This document shows, in pieces, positions 40,450-50,613 of a stretch of 64,000 nt of DNA; the first letter of the stretch is position 1; every line of letters begins with the position of its first letter. Source of the stretch: an uncultured Chloroflexia bacterium (lineage in GTDB: Bacteria > Chloroflexota > Limnocylindria > Limnocylindrales > CSP1-4). Made by a program: the position numbers and the translations under genes. The stretch is from the NCBI GenBank assembly GCA_963813535.1, contig CAWEZH010000003.1, positions 704,001 through 768,000 on the forward strand. Reading direction: 5' to 3'. The notes beneath the pieces were generated by a model that was given only the letters and a program-made list of their open reading frames with translations, made no database searches and was not told the origin of the DNA.

Positions 40450-41753
40450 GGGTCATCGGGTGGAATGTCGTCGAGCTCCGTGTCAGCTAGGTTGTCACGA
40501 GCTGCGCGCGCGTCCGGATCCTCGTCCACGTTCTCCGTCGGCAGACCGCGCGCACGGCGGTCCAGCGGATTGCGCGGGTCCCGCTCGAACGGCGCCGGCA
40601 GGTCGGATCCCACGAGCCGTCCACGCGTCACCGCTCGAGATCCGTACCGACGTCGGACCGCATCCGCCGCCTCGACCACCTTCCTCCGGCGCGGATCGTC
40701 CCCCGCGAACAGCTCGAGCTGCTCGCGCTCGCCGAGGTTCGACGCGCTCACCCCGAGCAACCGGACGCGTATGCCACGGACCTGTGGCCGGGTCAGCTCC
40801 AACGCCGTCCGGTAGATCGGCTCGGTCAGATCGGTCGGTTCCGCGAGGGTCCGCTGGCGAGTGATGGTCTTGAACGAGGAGTCGCGGATCTTCACCGTGA
40901 TCGTCGATGCTCGGACGCTGGCGGACCGCAGGCGCCCGGCGACCCCCTCGCTCAGGGCCAGCAGGGTGCGCTCGATCACCTCGGGGTCGGAGCTGTCGGT
41001 GTCGAACGTGGTCTCGTGGCCGACGGACTTCGCGGGGTCGCCCTCGTGGACGGGGTCGTCGTCCATGCCCAGTGCTCGCGTCCCCAGCGACGCACCGTGC
41101 TTCCCGAATCGACGCACGAGCAGATCGGGCGACAACGCCGCCAGGTCGCCGATCGTCTTGACGCCGTATTCCTCGAGGACCGTCGCCGTCTTCTGGCCGA
41201 CCCCCCACAGGCGCGAGATCGGGAGCGGCGCGAGGAACGCCGCCTCCTCTCCGGCCGGGACGACGACGAGGCCGTCGGGCTTGCGGAGATCGGACGCGAT
41301 CTTGGCGACGAGCTTCGTCGTCGCTACCCCGACCGACGCCGTCAGCCCGACGTCGTCCCGCACCGCCGACTTGATCGCCGCCGCGATCGCCGGTCCTTCA
41401 CCGAAGAGTGGCCGCGAACCGGTCACGTCGAGGAACGCCTCGTCGATCGAGATCGGCTCGACCTGCGGCGTGAACCGGCGGAGGATCGCCATCACGTCCC
41501 GTGACGCCTGCTGGTAGCGGCGCCCGTCGACGGGCAGGAAGACACCATGCGGGCATCGGCGGAATGCCTCGGTGACGGACATCGCCGAGTGGACGCCGTA
41601 TGCCCGCGCCTCATAACTCGCGGCCGAGACGACGCCACGTCCGGGCGGCACGCCCCCGACGATGACCGGCTTCCCGCGCAGTTCCGGATGGTCGCGCTGC
41701 TCGACCGCGGCGAAGAACGCGTCGAGGTCGACGTGGAGGATCGTCCGGTCCAT
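40446..41753 (-). CDS. dinB: DNA polymerase IV
   Basis: HVDLDAFFAAVEQ, AASYEAR, SIDEAFLD, KIASDLRKPDG, VRLLGV. Confidence 0.95.
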   Translation of the reverse strand: MDRTILHVDLDAFFAAVEQRDHPELRGKPVIVGGVPPGRGVVSAASYEARAYGVHSAMSVTEAFRRCPHGVFLPVDGRRYQQASRDVMAILRRFTPQVEPISIDEAFLDVTGSRPLFGEGPAIAAAIKSAVRDDVGLTASVGVATTKLVAKIASDLRKPDGLVVVPAGEEAAFLAPLPISRLWGVGQKTATVLEEYGVKTIGDLAALSPDLLVRRFGKHGASLGTRALGMDDDPVHEGDPAKSVGHETTFDTDSSDPEVIERTLLALSEGVAGRLRSASVRASTITVKIRDSSFKTITRQRTLAEPTDLTEPIYRTALELTRPQVRGIRVRLLGVSASNLGEREQLELFAGDDPRRRKVVEAADAVRRRYGSRAVTRGRLVGSDLPAPFERDPRNPLDRRARGLPTENVDEDPDARAARDNLADTELDDIPPDDP

Positions 41754-41821
41754 GGCGCGGGTATCATCGCGCCGCCGCGGACGACGCGGCCGGCCGGGCT
41801 ACGGCAGTGGGGACGAGGGTG

Positions 41822-43120
41822 ATGTCGACCGAGGCACAGGCGAGCACGGCACCCCGGGCACGTGACCGGGTCGCCGCGGACTGGGTCGACGAGCTCGCGA
41901 TCCCGGTCATCCTGTTCCTCGTCGCCTGGCCCGTCTATGCGTGGATCAACCACGGGCGCACGGCCGACCTGGACTACTTCGTGCCCCTTGCGGACGCCTT
42001 CCTGCACGGGCGACTCGGGCTGCTCGAGGGCGTGTCCTACCTCAACGAGCTGGTACCCAAGGACGGCCTGTTCTACGTCGTGTATCCACCGATGCCGGCA
42101 CTCATCCTGCTGCCGGCTGTGGCCCTGTTCGGCGTCGACTTCCACCAGGAGTGGGCGTCGATCCTCCTCGGTGCCGCGAGCGTCTCCATCATGGCGAGCA
42201 TCCTTCGCGCGATGGGCGTTCGGCGGATGCCGCTCATCGTGCTGTCACTGGTCTTCGCGTTCGGGACGATCGTCTGGTACTCCGCACAGGCGGGCTCGTC
42301 ATGGCACTTCGCCCACGTGGTCGCCACGTTCTTCATGCTGCTCGCGATCAGGGCCTGCCAGCTCGATGCCCGGACCGGGTTGATCGGTCTCCTGGTCGGG
42401 GCCGCCGTGCTCTCGCGATTGCCGTTGATCCTGGCAGCGCCGTACTTCATCGCGTACGTCATCGATCGAGCGGATCGGGAGGCGACCGGCGACCGGACGG
42501 TGTTCGGAGCACTCGGCGTCGAGCGGCCCATCGCCTGGCTGACCCGGATCGACGTTCCGCGGGTGGTCGACCTCGGCGGGCGCCTGGCCGTGAGCGTCGG
42601 CCTGATGGTCGTGTGGTACCTGGCCTATGACTTCATGCGCTTCGGAACGCCCTTCGAGAACGGCTACGCGCTGATCCCGGGCCTCCTCGCGGAAGACCAG
42701 TACCGCCACGGATTCTTCAGCCTCTTCAACATCCCCCACAAGGTCTACGCGTTGTTCCTCAGCGGCCCCATCGAGATCGGCGAGTTCCCTTGGATCCAGT
42801 CGCGCCAGCTGGGCGGCTTGTCGATCGTGCTCACGACGCCACTCTTCCTTTGGTCGTTCAAAGCACGCCGGCCCGACCTCTTCAATCTCGGCGCCTGGGC
42901 GACGGTCGTACTCACCCTGATCCCGATCGTGACCCACGCCGATCCAGGCGGCGCCCAGTTCGGCTTTCGCTACGCGCAGGACTTCTACCCCTTCCTGTTC
43001 CTGCTGACCGTCCGCGGGCTGGCTGGTCGCATCTCCTTCGAGGCGTGGATCGCGATCGCCATCGGCGGCCTCGTGAATCTGTGGGGAATGGGCTCGACGT
43101 ACTTCGATTGGTGGGCGTGA
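41822..43120 (+). CDS. Polytopic membrane protein, GT-C glycosyltransferase-like
   Basis: YPPMPA loop, multiple TMs, RFGTPFENGY, QFGFRY. Confidence 0.65.
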   Translation: MSTEAQASTAPRARDRVAADWVDELAIPVILFLVAWPVYAWINHGRTADLDYFVPLADAFLHGRLGLLEGVSYLNELVPKDGLFYVVYPPMPALILLPAVALFGVDFHQEWASILLGAASVSIMASILRAMGVRRMPLIVLSLVFAFGTIVWYSAQAGSSWHFAHVVATFFMLLAIRACQLDARTGLIGLLVGAAVLSRLPLILAAPYFIAYVIDRADREATGDRTVFGALGVERPIAWLTRIDVPRVVDLGGRLAVSVGLMVVWYLAYDFMRFGTPFENGYALIPGLLAEDQYRHGFFSLFNIPHKVYALFLSGPIEIGEFPWIQSRQLGGLSIVLTTPLFLWSFKARRPDLFNLGAWATVVLTLIPIVTHADPGGAQFGFRYAQDFYPFLFLLTVRGLAGRISFEAWIAIAIGGLVNLWGMGSTYFDWWA

Positions 43121-45372
43121 GCCGGTCCGGCGTCATCTCGACCGCGCTGAGCGCGACCGTCCCGTCCCTGCTCGTCATCGCCCTCATCGAGGCCCTCATC
43201 GCGACCCGCCTGCCGATGCCGCCGGGCATGACGCTCTGGAACCTCGACCTGCCGAAGATCGACGCCCCGCTGGCGGTCTTCATGTCGGAGGCGCTGGACC
43301 AGGGTCGGCTGCCGTTATGGAACGACCGACTGGGCCTCGGCTTCCCGCTGTACGCAGAGGGCCAGATCGGGGCGTTCTACCCGCCCAACTGGGCCCTGTT
43401 CCAGCTCGACCCGCTCGACGCGCTCGCCGCCTCGCGGGTCGTGCACCTCGTCGCGGCCGGCTTGGGGACGGGGCTCCTTGCGCTCCGGATCACCGGGTCT
43501 CGACCGGGCGCCGTCGTGGCGACCTCGGTCGCCGTCCTCGGCGGTGCCATCGCGACCAAGCTCGAGTGGACCAACATGGTCGCCGCCTATGCCTGGCTGC
43601 CTTGGGTCCTGCTGCCCCTGTCGCGCAGGCCCACCCCCACACGCGTCGGTCTGCTCATGGCCGGTATCGCGTGGGGCCTGCAGGCGCTCGCCGGTCACCC
43701 CAACACGTGGCTGCTGACCGGGATCGCTGCAGCGACACTCCTCATCGCGACGCACCACGATCGCGGTCTCGTGCCGCGGTTGCTCGTCTTCGGCGGCGTC
43801 GGCGTCGCGATCGGTGCCATCCAACTGCTCCCGACGCTGCTACTGACGACGCTCTCGGTTCGGAGCCTGGGCCTGAGTCCGGACGATGTCTTCGCCTCCG
43901 CGGCGACCCCGTTCGACGTGCTCGGTTTCGGCTTCGCGCAGCCGTTCATCAGGGCCGGGCGGGACGGCTGGGACATCTTCACCAACTGGTACCCGGACGG
44001 GATCTTCGCGCTGCTCGAGGCGAGCGCCTTCGTGGGTCTGCCGGTCATCGCCCTCGCAGCAGCCAGCGTCACGTCCCGACGTGCCCGGCGCTGGCTCGTC
44101 GTTGCGGCGGTGATGCTGGCGATCCCCGTCGTCGCGGCATTCCGACCGACCGTCTGGCTGGACCTGCCACTGCTGAACGGACTTCGGTCGCCGGTCCGGT
44201 CCTACGTCGTCGTCGCCCTGGTGCTCGGGCTCCTCGCGGCCATCGCGATCGCCAGGGCGCGCCACGGGACCTCGGCCTGGCCGGTTCGCCTGGCCGCGGT
44301 CGCGGTCGGGCTCACGATGGTCGCCTACATCGGAACGCTGGCGATGGCCGGTCTCGCGCCGGAGGCGTTCGCGACGCTCTACGGCGCAGCCGTGAACCAC
44401 CCATCGCCCGAAGCCACCGAGGCTGCCCGATCGGCCGCCGTGGCCGCGCTGGCATCGCCGCTTCCGATCGTCCTCGAGATCGCGGCCGGGGTCGTCATGG
44501 TCGCCCTGCTCGCACCGCGCCACGGCTGGGCCATGACCACCGCGCGGGTGCTGCTCGTGATCGTGCCACTCGCCCTGCTCGCACCGATGGCGAACCAGAT
44601 CCGGCCGACTTCGGACGCCCTCGTGTCAGGCGGCGAACTCGCGACGGCATTGCGCGAGTACGCGCCGAACCGTGTCCTGACGATCGACCCGCCGGGCTTC
44701 GCTCCGCCGTCCCCGGACCGCCTCGCCGCCGCCGGCGTCCCCGACCTCGCCATGTTCAGTTCGCTTGATCTGCTGGCCAGCGACAGGCTGCTCGATCAGG
44801 TCCGCAACGGTCCGGACGCGGACGCCGTGCGTGCCCTGACCGGGATCGACGTGCTGGTCACGTTCGACCGGCCCTGCCCGGGTCACGACGTTCGCCAGTT
44901 GACGCAGGACGCGGCGGTCGTGTGCCGGATCGACGCGGTGAACGCGCCGTACTGGCTGCCCGCCGACGTGGTCACCGTCGGGGACCCCGCGACCTCGCCG
45001 ATCTCGCCGCGTGACGCGACGATCGATCCCGTCAAGGCCCTCGCCGCGGTGCGTCCAGGCGACGTGTCGGTGGAAGGACCGGACGACCTGGTCGCGCAGG
45101 TCGATGCCCCGGCCGCTGGGTACGTGTGGATCGATCGCGCGTGGTGGCCCGGCTGGAACGTGACCGTCGACGGCGTGCGGGTGCGACCGCTCCGCGCGCT
45201 GGCCGGACAGCTGGTGCCCGTGGACGCGGGCAGCCACGAGATCCGGCTGCACCTCGTGCCGTGGGATGCCCTTGTGGGACTCGGAGCTGCGGTCGTCGCG
45301 ACGCTCCTCGCGGCCAGCTGGGTCCTCCGTGGCCGGCAGGCCCGGGAGGATGATGAAGGTCCCCGCTCCTAG
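43117..45372 (+). CDS. YfhO-like membrane glycosyltransferase
   Basis: GRLPLWNDRLGLGFPLYAEGQIGAFYPPN, AGHP, C-terminal WWPGWNVTVDG...VDAGSHEI. Confidence 0.8.
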   Translation: MSRSGVISTALSATVPSLLVIALIEALIATRLPMPPGMTLWNLDLPKIDAPLAVFMSEALDQGRLPLWNDRLGLGFPLYAEGQIGAFYPPNWALFQLDPLDALAASRVVHLVAAGLGTGLLALRITGSRPGAVVATSVAVLGGAIATKLEWTNMVAAYAWLPWVLLPLSRRPTPTRVGLLMAGIAWGLQALAGHPNTWLLTGIAAATLLIATHHDRGLVPRLLVFGGVGVAIGAIQLLPTLLLTTLSVRSLGLSPDDVFASAATPFDVLGFGFAQPFIRAGRDGWDIFTNWYPDGIFALLEASAFVGLPVIALAAASVTSRRARRWLVVAAVMLAIPVVAAFRPTVWLDLPLLNGLRSPVRSYVVVALVLGLLAAIAIARARHGTSAWPVRLAAVAVGLTMVAYIGTLAMAGLAPEAFATLYGAAVNHPSPEATEAARSAAVAALASPLPIVLEIAAGVVMVALLAPRHGWAMTTARVLLVIVPLALLAPMANQIRPTSDALVSGGELATALREYAPNRVLTIDPPGFAPPSPDRLAAAGVPDLAMFSSLDLLASDRLLDQVRNGPDADAVRALTGIDVLVTFDRPCPGHDVRQLTQDAAVVCRIDAVNAPYWLPADVVTVGDPATSPISPRDATIDPVKALAAVRPGDVSVEGPDDLVAQVDAPAAGYVWIDRAWWPGWNVTVDGVRVRPLRALAGQLVPVDAGSHEIRLHLVPWDALVGLGAAVVATLLAASWVLRGRQAREDDEGPRS

Positions 45373-45815
45373 CCCTTCGGCTCGACGACGATCGTGACCT
45401 CGGGCGTCATGCCCGTGAACACCTTGATCGCGACCTTGTACGTGCCGAGCGACTTGAGCGGCTCCTCGAGGTCGATCTTGTGCCGGTCGATCTCGATCCC
45501 GCGGCGCGCGAGCGCATCGGCGATGTCCTTGGACGTGATCGAGCCGTAGAGCTTGCCGCCCTCACCGACCTTGACGCCCATCGTCAGCGTCGTCGAGGAG
45601 ATGCGGGTCGTGGCGATCTCGGCTTCCTCGCGCTCCTTGCGGCGCTTGTCCTCGCGGCTCGCGATGTCGTGCTGCCACGCGCGGTACGCGCCGCCGGCGG
45701 CGGGCACCGCCAACGAGTGCGGGATCAGGTAGTTGGTCGCGTAGCCGTCCGCGACCTGCTTCAGGTCGCCGCTCTTGCCGAGCTTCGGAACGTCCGTGGT
45801 CAGGATGACCTTCAA
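45369..45815 (-). CDS. rplI: 50S ribosomal protein L9
   Basis: MKVILTTDVPKLGKSGD..VADGYATNYLIP, GKLYGSIT; TTG start with AGGAGG SD. Confidence 0.96.
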   Translation of the reverse strand: MKVILTTDVPKLGKSGDLKQVADGYATNYLIPHSLAVPAAGGAYRAWQHDIASREDKRRKEREEAEIATTRISSTTLTMGVKVGEGGKLYGSITSKDIADALARRGIEIDRHKIDLEEPLKSLGTYKVAIKVFTGMTPEVTIVVEPKG

Positions 45816-46309
45816 GTGCTGGGCTCCTCCTTGGTGATCCAGGCTCGCGCACGCGGCACGATCCCGGACCGTTCGATGGCGCGACCGGCGGCCGTGACGA
45901 GGCCGGGGATGCGGCGGATGGTCCGTCGCACGGGACCGGGCGTCAAGCGTCGGATCTGGGCGATATCGCGGTCGAACGACACGCGATCGATGGCGAGGTC
46001 GTCGAGCTTCTCCTGGAGGAGCTCGGGTGGTACGCCATCGATGAACAGGTCGACCGCGAGGACGACGACGACGAAGTCGTCGAGGCCACCGATGACCGGG
46101 ATGTTGTCGGGGATCAGGTCACGGCCCAGGACGAGGTAGCCCGCCGCCGCGCCGAGCAGCACCTTGCGATCGGCCGGCATCCGCTCGTCGACGACGAGCG
46201 CTCCGATCAGCCGGGCGTAGTCCGGTACGCGACTGGCGACCGGCAAGAACGCGAGCAGCGACACGAATCGACCGATGCTCGCTCGTCCCGCATTCCGCTT
46301 GCTGGCCAC
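45812..46309 (-). CDS. YkvA/DUF1232 family protein
   Basis: YLV...DLIPDNIPVIGGLDD signature. Confidence 0.85.
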   Translation of the reverse strand: MASKRNAGRASIGRFVSLLAFLPVASRVPDYARLIGALVVDERMPADRKVLLGAAAGYLVLGRDLIPDNIPVIGGLDDFVVVVLAVDLFIDGVPPELLQEKLDDLAIDRVSFDRDIAQIRRLTPGPVRRTIRRIPGLVTAAGRAIERSGIVPRARAWITKEEPST

Positions 46310-46382
46310 GCCGTCGCACCTCCTGATCGCCTGGGGATCGGGAGTCTACCAGCGATCCGGTCCCGATCCGTTCCGGCCAGCC

Positions 46383-46410
46383 TTGACATCGAACGTACGT
46401 TCGGTATGAT
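46383..46410 (+). promoter_or_regulatory. lexA promoter with SOS box in the spacer
   Basis: TTGACA (46383-46388), perfect palindrome CGAACGTACGTTCG (46390-46403), TATGAT (46405-46410). Confidence 0.92.
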
Positions 46411-46430
46411 GCGCGGCGAAGGAGGCGCGA

Positions 46431-47081
46431 GTGACGAAGCACGACGCCGAACGCAAGCTCAGGATCCTCGACTTCATCGCCGCCACCCTTCGCGCGCGCG
46501 GGTATCCGCCGTCGGTGCGCGAGATCATGCAGGCCGTCGGCCTCGCGTCGACCTCGGCCGTCCACCACCATCTCCAGATGCTCGTCCGAGAGGGCTACCT
46601 CGAGCGAGGCGAGGGCCAGAGTCGCGCCATCCGGCTCACGCCGACCTCGGCGATCCGGCTCGGCCTCTCGAGCGAGCTCGTGCCGCAGGCCACGACGGCT
46701 GACGCGCGCGTCGTCCCGATCATCGGCGAGATCGCCGCCGGTGGGCCGATCGAGGCCTACCAGGACGCATCGGAGACGCTGGCCGTGCCGGACATGCTCG
46801 CTCCCAGCGGCGACGCGTATGTGCTCAGGGTGCGCGGCGACTCGATGATCGAGGCCCACATCGCCGATGGCGACTTCGTGCTCATCCGGCCGCAGTCCAC
46901 CGCTCGCAACGGGGACATCGTCGTCGCCCAGGTCGAGGAGAACGCGGTCACGCTGAAGCGCTTCTTCAAGGAGAAGGACAAGATCCGTCTCCAGCCCGCC
47001 AATCCGGAGTATCCGCCCCAGTTCTACGACGACGTCCGGATCCAGGGCAAGCTCATCGGTGTCATCCGCAAGCTCGACTAG
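46431..47081 (+). CDS. lexA: LexA repressor
   Basis: GYPPSVREI, GEIAAG cleavage site, VRGDSM serine, TLKRF lysine. Confidence 0.96.
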   Translation: MTKHDAERKLRILDFIAATLRARGYPPSVREIMQAVGLASTSAVHHHLQMLVREGYLERGEGQSRAIRLTPTSAIRLGLSSELVPQATTADARVVPIIGEIAAGGPIEAYQDASETLAVPDMLAPSGDAYVLRVRGDSMIEAHIADGDFVLIRPQSTARNGDIVVAQVEENAVTLKRFFKEKDKIRLQPANPEYPPQFYDDVRIQGKLIGVIRKLD

Positions 47082-47248
47082 AAGCGGGTCGTTGGACGCC
47101 CGACTGCCGGCGTTGACGACCTCCGCGCCTCGCTCACGCACTTTGAGTGCGTTCGCTCCGGTGCTCGATCGTCGCCTTGGCCTCGGACGCCCAACGACCC
47201 GATTCTCAGGTCGTCACCGCCCTCCGCGCCGATCCTCGATTCGATGGA

Positions 47249-47315
47249 CTGTCCACAGGTTTCCCACAGGGCGCTAACCGGGGACGCGAAAGTCGTGGAC
47301 GCGGTTCGGGGATAA
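47249..47315. promoter_or_regulatory. DnaA-box-like sites upstream of dnaB
   Basis: CTGTCCACA (47249), TTTCCCACA (47260), reverse TTATCCCCG (47307-47315) versus consensus TTATCCACA. Confidence 0.5.
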
Positions 47316-47383
47316 GGGCCTATCGGCCGGAGGGCCACTCCGCGAGAGTGGGGACTTCATCCCAGCAGTCATCTCGGGGACAC

Positions 47384-48734
47384 ATGATCGACCGCCTTCC
47401 GCCACAGAGTCTCGAAGCCGAGCAGTCCGTTCTCGGCGCCATCCTCATCGACCGCGATGCCGTCGTCGAGGTCGCCGAGTTCCTGCGGCCCGAGGATTTC
47501 TACCGTCAGGCCAACAGCCGCATCTATGCCGCGATCCTCGACCTGTTCGAGCGCCGCGAGCCGATCGACATCGTCACCGTGGCGGAGGCGCTCGAGCGCC
47601 GCGAGGACCTCGAAGCCGTGGGCGGCCGGGCCTACCTGTCGAGCCTGAGCAACGAGACGCCGACCGCCGTCCACGCAGCGCAGTACGCCCGGATCGTCGA
47701 ACGCAAGGCCGTGCTGCGGAACCTCATCGGTGCCGCCGGCCGCATCGCCGGCATCGGCTACGAGGATCCGGCCGAGATCCAGGAGGCGATCGACCGGGCC
47801 GAGTCGGAGCTGTTCGCCGTCAGCCAGAAGCGCATCGACGCCGGCTTCAGCCCGCTCAAGTCGCTGCTCCACGATGCGTACGACCGTCTCGACTACCTGC
47901 ACACCCACCGCGGTGAGATCTCGGGCGTCCGGAGCGGCTTCACCGACCTCGATGCGCTCACGACGGGACTCCAGCCGAGCGACCTGATCGTGGTCGCAGC
48001 GCGTCCCTCGGTCGGCAAGACGTCGTTCGCCCTCAACGTCGCCGAGCACGCCGCCGTGCGCGAGGGCAAGAGCGTCGGTGTCTTCAGCCTGGAGATGAGC
48101 AAGGAGCAGCTGGTCCTGCGCCTGCTCTCGAGCGTCGCCAACATCGACTCGCAGAAGCTCCGCTCCGGTTTCCTGGACGAGCTCGACTTCACCCGCATCG
48201 CGCCGGCGATGAACTCGCTGTCCGAGGCGCCGATGTACATCGACGACACGCCGAACATCAGCGCCATGGAGCTGCGCACCAAGGCCCGCCGGCTGCAGGC
48301 CGAGGCCGGTCTCGATCTCGTGATCGTCGACTACCTGCAGCTCGATGCAGGCGACGACGACCAACAGGGACGCCAACCGCGTCCAGGAAGTCTCCGAGAT
48401 CTCCCGCGGCCTCAAGGCCCTCGCGCGCGAGCTGTCCGTGCCGGTCATCGCCCTCTCGCAGCTATCACGCCAGCCGGAGATGCGCGAGTCGAAGGAACCG
48501 CGCCTGTCCGACCTGCGCGAGTCGGGGGCGATCGAGCAGGACGCCGACCTCGTGCTCTTCCTGTGGCGCGACAAGGAGCGCGGCAGCGACGATCAGGAGA
48601 CGGACGGCGAGGTCATCAACCTCAAGCTGGCCAAGCATCGCAACGGCCCGACCGGCGAGGTGCAGCTCTGGTTCAAGAAGCGCCAGACGCGCTTCGTGTC
48701 GTACGCGGGCGAGCGCTACGCAGAGGTGAGCTAG
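47384..48734 (+). CDS. dnaB: Replicative DNA helicase, +1 frameshift near 48343 (probable sequencing error)
   Basis: [28 protein letters not shown]; then [29 protein letters not shown]. Confidence 0.95.
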
Positions 48735-48742
48735 CTCGCGGA

Positions 48743-48780
48743 CATGCCACGAGGCCGACCCCTCACCGGGTCGACCTCGT
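48743..48780 (-). repeat. REP-like hairpin repeat, copy 1
   Basis: CATGCCACGAGGCCGACCC...GGGTCGACCTCGT; first 19 nt exactly inverted at 50309-50327. Confidence 0.7.
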
Positions 48781-48803
48781 CGAGGTCGCGATGGGCTGCT
48801 GGC

Positions 48804-49109
48804 TCAGACGTGGGCGGGCGTCTCCAGGGTGCCTGCTCGGACCTTGTCGAAGCAGGAGCTGCAGTACACCGGCCGATCGTTCCGCGGCGCGAACGGCACG
48901 ACGGCCTGACCCCCACATGAGCCGCAGATCGCCGCGTGGAACTCGCGGGGCCCTTCGTTGTTGCGCGCCCGCTTCGCTGCCGCGCGGCATGACGGACAGC
49001 GCTGCGGGTCGTTGACCAGGCTCTTGCTGGCATAGAAGGCCTGCTCGCCAGCGGAGAAGGTGAACTCCTCGCTGCAGTCGCGACAGGTCAGTGTTCGATC
49101 CTGGTACAC
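48804..49109 (-). CDS. Zinc-ribbon protein with CxxC-x17-CxxC domain
   Basis: YQDRTLTCRDC..FTFSAGEQAFY...PQRCPSC; CGSC..VPFAP...PVYCSSC. Confidence 0.9.
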   Translation of the reverse strand: MYQDRTLTCRDCSEEFTFSAGEQAFYASKSLVNDPQRCPSCRAAAKRARNNEGPREFHAAICGSCGGQAVVPFAPRNDRPVYCSSCFDKVRAGTLETPAHV

Positions 49110-49338
49110 GATCTCCGGACCCTCCCTACGCTCGGACGCCGTGACGATCGGCCCGGCGCGCTGCCGCACGGCACTGGGCCGAGTGCGCTGGGGGCAGATA
49201 GGGGGGTACTGCGCGCTCGGTCCGGTCCGGGCGGAGCCCGGGTCATAGCGGTGAAGATACGCGCGCCGTCAAGAGGTGTGGATAGGTGTAGTGACCGATG
49301 TCGCGGAACCTTGGCCGGCCTCGCGACGTCCCGCAGCC

Positions 49339-50262
49339 ATGTCATACCGCACACGCCGTCTGGCGACCCTCACCCTGACCCCGTTCCTCATCGTGTCGTT
49401 CGTCGCCTGCAGCAGCGGCGCGGCCCCGTCGGCGCCCCCGAGCGCGGCCCCGTCCGGGGCCCCCGCAAGTGAGGCTCCGAGCCCTTCCAGCGCAGGCGCT
49501 GTGGAGCACAAGACCGGGGCCACCGATGTGCTCCTGCGGTACGAGGAGGGCGGCGGTTTCATGATGGCCGGCTACGCGGCCTCCCAGGCCCCGATCTTCA
49601 CGCTGTACGGCGATGGCACGGTGATCTTCCGCAACCCGATGCTGGACGTGCCGCCGGCGCAGGGCTCGACGATGACCTTCAACCCGCTCCGGACTGCGAA
49701 GCTCAGCGAGGAGCAGATCGGCGAGCTGCTGACACTCGCGCTCGGCGAAGGTGGCCTCGCCGCGGCCCGTCCGAAGTACGACAACATGATGGTCTCCGAC
49801 GCCAGCACCGCGGTCTTCACGATCGATGCGGGCGGCATCAAGAAGGCCGTCTCGGTCTACGCGCTCGGTATGGAGCCCCAGGCGGGCGACCCGGACACGA
49901 TCGCCAAGACGGCATTCAAGAAACTGGCCGATCGGCTGTCCGACTTCGACCAGGGCGGCTCGATCACGACGGCGGTGTACGAGCCCGAGGCCTACCGCGC
50001 GTCGATCATCGAGAGCCCCGGCATGGTCGCCCCGGACATCATCGACTGGCCGTGGGCCGACCTGACCGTCGCGGACTTCAGATCGGACGCGGATCCCAAC
50101 GGGCTGTCCTTCCCGCACCACACCCTGACGACCGACGAAGTCGCGAAGCTCGGGGTCAAGGACTTCGAGGGCGGTTTCAACGGGCTCGTCCTCCGAGGAT
50201 CGGACGACAAGCTCTACACCCTCGCGCTTCGCCCTCTCCTCGCCGACGACAAGGACGCCTAG
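49339..50262 (+). CDS. Lipoprotein, hypothetical
   Basis: Lipobox FVAC, S/A/P linker, FTLYGDGTVI, LRPLLADD. Confidence 0.8.
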   Translation: MSYRTRRLATLTLTPFLIVSFVACSSGAAPSAPPSAAPSGAPASEAPSPSSAGAVEHKTGATDVLLRYEEGGGFMMAGYAASQAPIFTLYGDGTVIFRNPMLDVPPAQGSTMTFNPLRTAKLSEEQIGELLTLALGEGGLAAARPKYDNMMVSDASTAVFTIDAGGIKKAVSVYALGMEPQAGDPDTIAKTAFKKLADRLSDFDQGGSITTAVYEPEAYRASIIESPGMVAPDIIDWPWADLTVADFRSDADPNGLSFPHHTLTTDEVAKLGVKDFEGGFNGLVLRGSDDKLYTLALRPLLADDKDA

Positions 50263-50288
50263 GAGCCGACACGCACTCCCAAGCGTCT

Positions 50289-50327
50289 CACGAGGCCGGC
50301 CCGGCAACGGGTCGGCCTCGTGGCATG
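50289..50327 (+). repeat. REP-like hairpin repeat, copy 2
   Basis: CACGAGGCCGGCCCGGCAACGGGTCGGCCTCGTGGCATG. Confidence 0.7.
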
Positions 50328-50371
50328 ATGGCCGCGCCGGACCGTGATCGATGGACCTGGGAGGTGCAACC

Positions 50372-50575
50372 GTGGGCGTGATCATCATCCGAGAGATGGT
50401 CGGGACCAGCCCGCGGTCGTGGAGCGATGCCGCCCGTCAGGCCGTCGCCACCGCGTCCAAGACGGTCCGCAACATCCAGACGGTCGAGGTCGTGAAATCG
50501 AGCGCCGTCGTCGAGGACGGCGAGATCGTCGAGTACCGGGTCGAGCTCAAGATCGGCTTCGAATACGAGGGCTGA
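50372..50575 (+). CDS. Dodecin family protein
   Basis: EMVGTSPRSWSDAARQAVATASKTVRNI...EYRVELKIGF; GGAGG SD. Confidence 0.9.
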   Translation: MGVIIIREMVGTSPRSWSDAARQAVATASKTVRNIQTVEVVKSSAVVEDGEIVEYRVELKIGFEYEG

Positions 50576-50613
50576 CCCCGCAGCTAATCGTCGGTTGAGC
50601 GCGTGGCGCCACC

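Noticed and set aside
47082-47383. Replication origin between lexA and dnaB
   Set aside because: Only a few imperfect DnaA boxes, no AT-rich unwinding element, no dnaA/dnaN nearby
48335-48350. Split dnaB as intein or recoding event
   Set aside because: Both halves join seamlessly (DYLQL/MQ) after removing one base; no intervening sequence
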